A stretch of 64,000 bases of DNA from contig NIVC01000003.1 in NCBI GenBank assembly GCA_002269645.1, positions 1-64,000 of the forward strand, given 5' to 3'. The position numbers and the translations under genes are program-made. This document shows, in pieces, positions 60,168 through 64,000 of the stretch; positions within the stretch are counted from its first letter, which is position 1, and each line of letters begins with the position of its first letter. The notes beneath the pieces are model-generated. The model saw only the letters and a program-made list of their open reading frames with translations, was not told where the DNA came from and made no database searches. The stretch is from Macrostomum lignano (Eukaryota).

Positions 60168-60254
60168 CTGTGGGAGTTCGTTGGCTTTCATTTAGCTTCT
60201 CAGCACCTCGAGGCCTCTCAACTGGCTATGTTCGGGTAAGCCTCACAAGGCTAC

Positions 60255-60705
60255 TCAAGCCCCCTGACACACTCCAGGGCTACTCAAGCCCCCTGACACA
60301 CTCCAGGGCTACTCAAGCCCCCTGACACACTCTAGGGCTACTCAAGCCCCCCTGACACGCTCCAGGGCTACTCAAGCCCCCCTGACACGCTCCAGGGCTA
60401 CTCAAGCCCCCTGACACACTCCAGGGCTACTCAAGCGTCCCTGACACACTCCAGGGCTACTCAAGCGTCCCTGACACGCTCCAGGGCTACTCAAGCCCCC
60501 CTGACACGCTCCAGGGCTACTCAAGCCCCCTGACACACTCCAGGGCTACTCAAGCGTCCCTGACACACTCCAGGGCTACTCAAGCGTCCCTGACACACTC
60601 CAGGGCTACTCAAGCGTCCCTGACACACTCCAGGGCTACTCAAGCGTCCCTGACACACTCCAGGGCTACTCAAGCGCCTCTGACACACTCCAGGGCTACT
60701 CAAGC
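60255..60705. repeat. ~28-30-bp minisatellite (ctgacacactccagggctactcaagcccc)n
   Basis: Visible. Confidence 0.93.
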
Positions 60706-60709
60706 CTGA

Positions 60710-60915
60710 ATCACACCATATCTGTGTCACACCATATCTGTATCACACCATGCCTGTATCACACCATGCCTGCATCACACCATGCCTGCATCACACCATA
60801 TCTGTATCACACCATGTCTGTATCACACCATGCCTGCATCACGCCATGCCTGCATCACGCCATGCCTGTATCACGCCATGTCTGTATCACGCCATGCCTG
60901 CATCACGCCATGTCT
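60710..60915. repeat. 16-bp minisatellite (tcacaccatgcctgta)n
   Basis: Visible; abuts the previous array. Confidence 0.9.
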
Positions 60916-61459
60916 GTCTCCAGAGCGGCTTGTGAATGCAAAAGCAGACCTAGCGGTCGGTCCTTGCAACCAGTCCCGTGCATTGCAGTAGTCACGGGAG
61001 TTTCTCGAGAGTCTGTAGGCACGGATAAGCTGAGATCTCAGCAAACTGTAAACTTGTGCATAATTCAGCAAAAGTACACAATGAAAGCACACACTCGCAA
61101 AAGGCATATCTGAGCAATTCATGCATCTGTAAATATTAGCATGGATCTTCTACACTAAGGCAGGCTATCGCTCTGACTGGTCTCGTACTTTAAATAGCGG
61201 CGATCGCTGGTCTCTACACTTGTCCTGCCGATGCTGGATGGCAATTTTTTTTGTGAGGCTACTGTGAGGCGAGGGCAGGCCGGTTACTGCTGGCGGAATT
61301 AAACCCTTCACGGCCCATTAATTAATGAGTTGTTGCAGAGACTGGCGCGGCAGAGGGTGGCCATCAGGCCAGAGCTCAGGCATACGGCCCAGCCTAATAG
61401 CGGCTCAGGGTTTCAGCTCAATTGGCTATTTGAACAGAGCTTACGGTGCCAAAGCTGGG

Positions 61460-61862
61460 GGCGGAGCGGAGGGCGGGAGGCGCCGTCATGAGCCAGCAGC
61501 CCCATGGCGGCGGAGCGGAGGGCGGGAGGCGCCGTCATGAGCCAGCAGCCCCATGGCGGCGGAGCGGAGGGCGGGAGGCGCCGTCATGAGCCAGCAGCCC
61601 ATGGCGGCGGAGCGGAGGGCGGGAGGCGCCGTCATGAGCCAGCAGCCCCATGGCGGCGGAGCGGAGGGCGGGAGGCGCCGTCATGAGCCAGCAGCCCCAT
61701 GGCGGCGGAGCGGAGGGCGGGAGGCGCCGTCATGAGCCAGCAGCCCCATGGCGGCGGAGCGGAGGACGGGAGGCGCCGTCATGAGCCAGCAGCCCCATGG
61801 CGGCGGAGCGGAGGGCGGGAGGCGCCGTCATGAGCCAGCAGCCCCATGGCGGCGGAGCGGAG
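61460..61862. repeat. 49-bp GC-rich minisatellite
   Basis: ggcggcggagcggagggcgggaggcgccgtcatgagccagcagccccat, about eight copies. Confidence 0.95.
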
Positions 61863-62269
61863 GGCAAAACAATGAAGTGGAAAAAAAAGACTCAGCAAGG
61901 TGGGCTGGAAAAAAACAAACTTTTTGTAGCAGCGGATCAGCGGCTAAGTTTCAATTAACAGAGTCCTCAGAGCTGCCGCTGACGTGGGGAACTGCTGCAT
62001 GGGCGGATCTCGACATGCACAAGTTTCCTGTTTCGCTAAGAGTTAAAAAGTCAGCTCTGCTTTCTGTCAAAGTCTGATTCGCGATTCTGCCATGCTTATT
62101 TCGGAAATCATTGTGAGCCAGTCGGGTGACAAATCTTTCCTAGTCTTAACTCTGACTTAGAGTGAGCGATGCGAGCTGTTTGATGAGCTGAGGGCTTTCA
62201 TCTTTGTTGGAGTTCTCGAGCCCAACTGGCTTGCTTTGCCTGGCTATTCAATTACTGAACTGCCTGTAT

Positions 62270-62830
62270 GCCTACCTGCCTACCCACCTGCCTACCCACC
62301 TGCCTACCCACCTGCCTACCCACCTGCCTACCCACCTGCCTACCCACCTGCCTACCCACCTGCCTACCTAACTACCTACCCACCTACCTACCTAACTACC
62401 TACCCACCTACCTACCTAACTACCTACCCACCTACCTACCTAACTACCTACCCACCTACCTACCTAACTACCTACCCACCTACCTACCTAACTACCTACC
62501 CACCTACCTACCTAACTACCTACCCACCTACCTACCCACCTACCTACCTAACTACCTACCCACCTACCTAACTACCTACCCACCTACCAACCTACCTACC
62601 CACCTACCCACCCATCTACCTACCCACCTATTTACGTGCCTACCTACCTACCTACCTACCTACCTACCTACCTACCTACCTACCTACCTACCTATCTACC
62701 TACCGATCAACCTACCAAGTACCTACCCACCAATCTACCCACCTAACTGCCTACCCACCAATTCACGCACCTACCCACCTATCTACCTATCCACTTACCC
62801 ACGTACCTACCTAACTACCTACCCACCCAC
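62270..62830. repeat. (CCTA)n-derived degenerate microsatellite
   Basis: Visible. Confidence 0.92.
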
Positions 62831-63489
62831 ATCTGACCTAAAAGTCACCAGTTCCTGTTTTATTTATCAATCATATTCTCCACCCTTCATCGTTTTTCTG
62901 TCGTTATATAGATATTAATTTCCAGCCTCAGGACCACCAGAGACGAGTCCTTTTTCTGGATCAAATCCAATTTTCTGAAATACAACTACAAACGGAACTA
63001 AAAAGAGACAGGCGCCACCTCAAGCTAGCAGAGCCGAGAGCCCAGCCGCGGAAAAGTATGCTCAAGAAAAAACAACATGGCTTGTGGCCTGTTTTCAGGC
63101 TGAGATGGAGCAGCCCGCCTCTCCCTTCTCATTCTTCAATGTTGCTTTTACGAGCTAAAAAGCAGCCTAAAATCCCGCGCTGCTACTTCCAGATCCCGGC
63201 ATGAAAGCAGCACTTTTGCCTGCTTTGGGTCTTAGACCTGCCACTTTTGTTTTTGCAGCCACAGCACAAAAGTCAAAGTGGATTGCTTGCTCTGACGGGC
63301 TGCACCGGCACAATGAGTTTGTTTTGTATACTTTTTATACAATCCGACCAAACACTGACTCGCGAGCCTGCAGCAGGATAGAACTGACAGAAAGGAAATC
63401 TTCAACAATATCTGCAGATAAAAACTTGTCACAGATTCCAATGAATCTATGCGATAGATGGGTTAGATCTGTAGACTAACAACAACAAA

Positions 63490-63990
63490 ATGCTCAGACT
63501 AGCAATCCATTCTACTCCACTGCATTTAGGCTAGACTAGCAATCCATTCTACTCCAGTGCATTTAGGCTAGACTAGCAATCCATTCTACTCCAGTGCATT
63601 TAGGCTAGACTAGCAATCCATTCTACTCCAGTGCATGTAGGCTAGACTAGCAATCCATTCTACTCCAGTGCATTTAGGCTAGACTAGCAATCCATTCTAC
63701 TCCAGTGCATGTAGGCTAGACTAGCAATCCATTCTACTCCAGTGCATGTAGGCTAGACTAGCAATCCATTCTACTACAGTGCATGTAGGCTAGACTAGCA
63801 ATCCATTCTACTCCAGTGCATGTAGGCTAGACTAGCAATCCATTCTACTCCAGTGCATGTAGGCTAGACTAGCAATCCATTCTACTCCAGTGCATTTAGG
63901 CTAGACTAGCAATCCATTCTACTCCAGTGCATGTAGGCTAGACTAGCAATCCATTCTACTCCAGTGCTTGTAGGCTAAACTAGCAATCCC
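63490..63990. repeat. 37-bp minisatellite (gctagactagcaatccattctactccagtgcatgtag)n
   Basis: Visible. Confidence 0.95.
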
Positions 63991-64000
63991 TCGCAGAGTC

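Noticed and set aside
60920-63480. Candidate upstream PstS exons (LQGPTA near 60955-61015; MQQFPT near 61985-62030)
   Set aside because: Both give phase-2 donors and weak FPT-like similarity, but the spacing to AVAVAY does not fit PstS; insufficient support

Overview
Eukaryotic (invertebrate-like) genomic DNA with GC-rich spliceosomal exons and introns filled with unrelated mini- and microsatellites. The style suggests a flatworm such as Macrostomum, but that is inference. By tracking GT-AG sites and codon phase by hand I reconstructed eight genes: (1) a secreted protein with five tandem copies of an unnamed ~205-aa domain; (2) a small secreted Cys-rich protein; (3) a PAN + F-type lectin; (4) a CCAP/NPS/vasopressin-family GPCR; (5) a 10-exon RIG-I-like helicase of ~1037 aa; (6, 7) two intronless pacifastin-like multi-repeat inhibitors; (8) a receptor with a bacterial PstS-like phosphate-binding ectodomain, one TM helix, a kinase-homology domain and a catalytically degenerate guanylyl-cyclase-like domain. 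Gene 8 is the most striking: a candidate animal phosphate/anion sensor, whose 5' exons I could not identify. Also present are two hAT-like MITEs, a SINE, two Penelope-like RT relics and more than 25 tandem arrays. Several single-base frameshifts in G/C runs look like long-read consensus errors. Most long ORFs in the supplied track are repeat artefacts.
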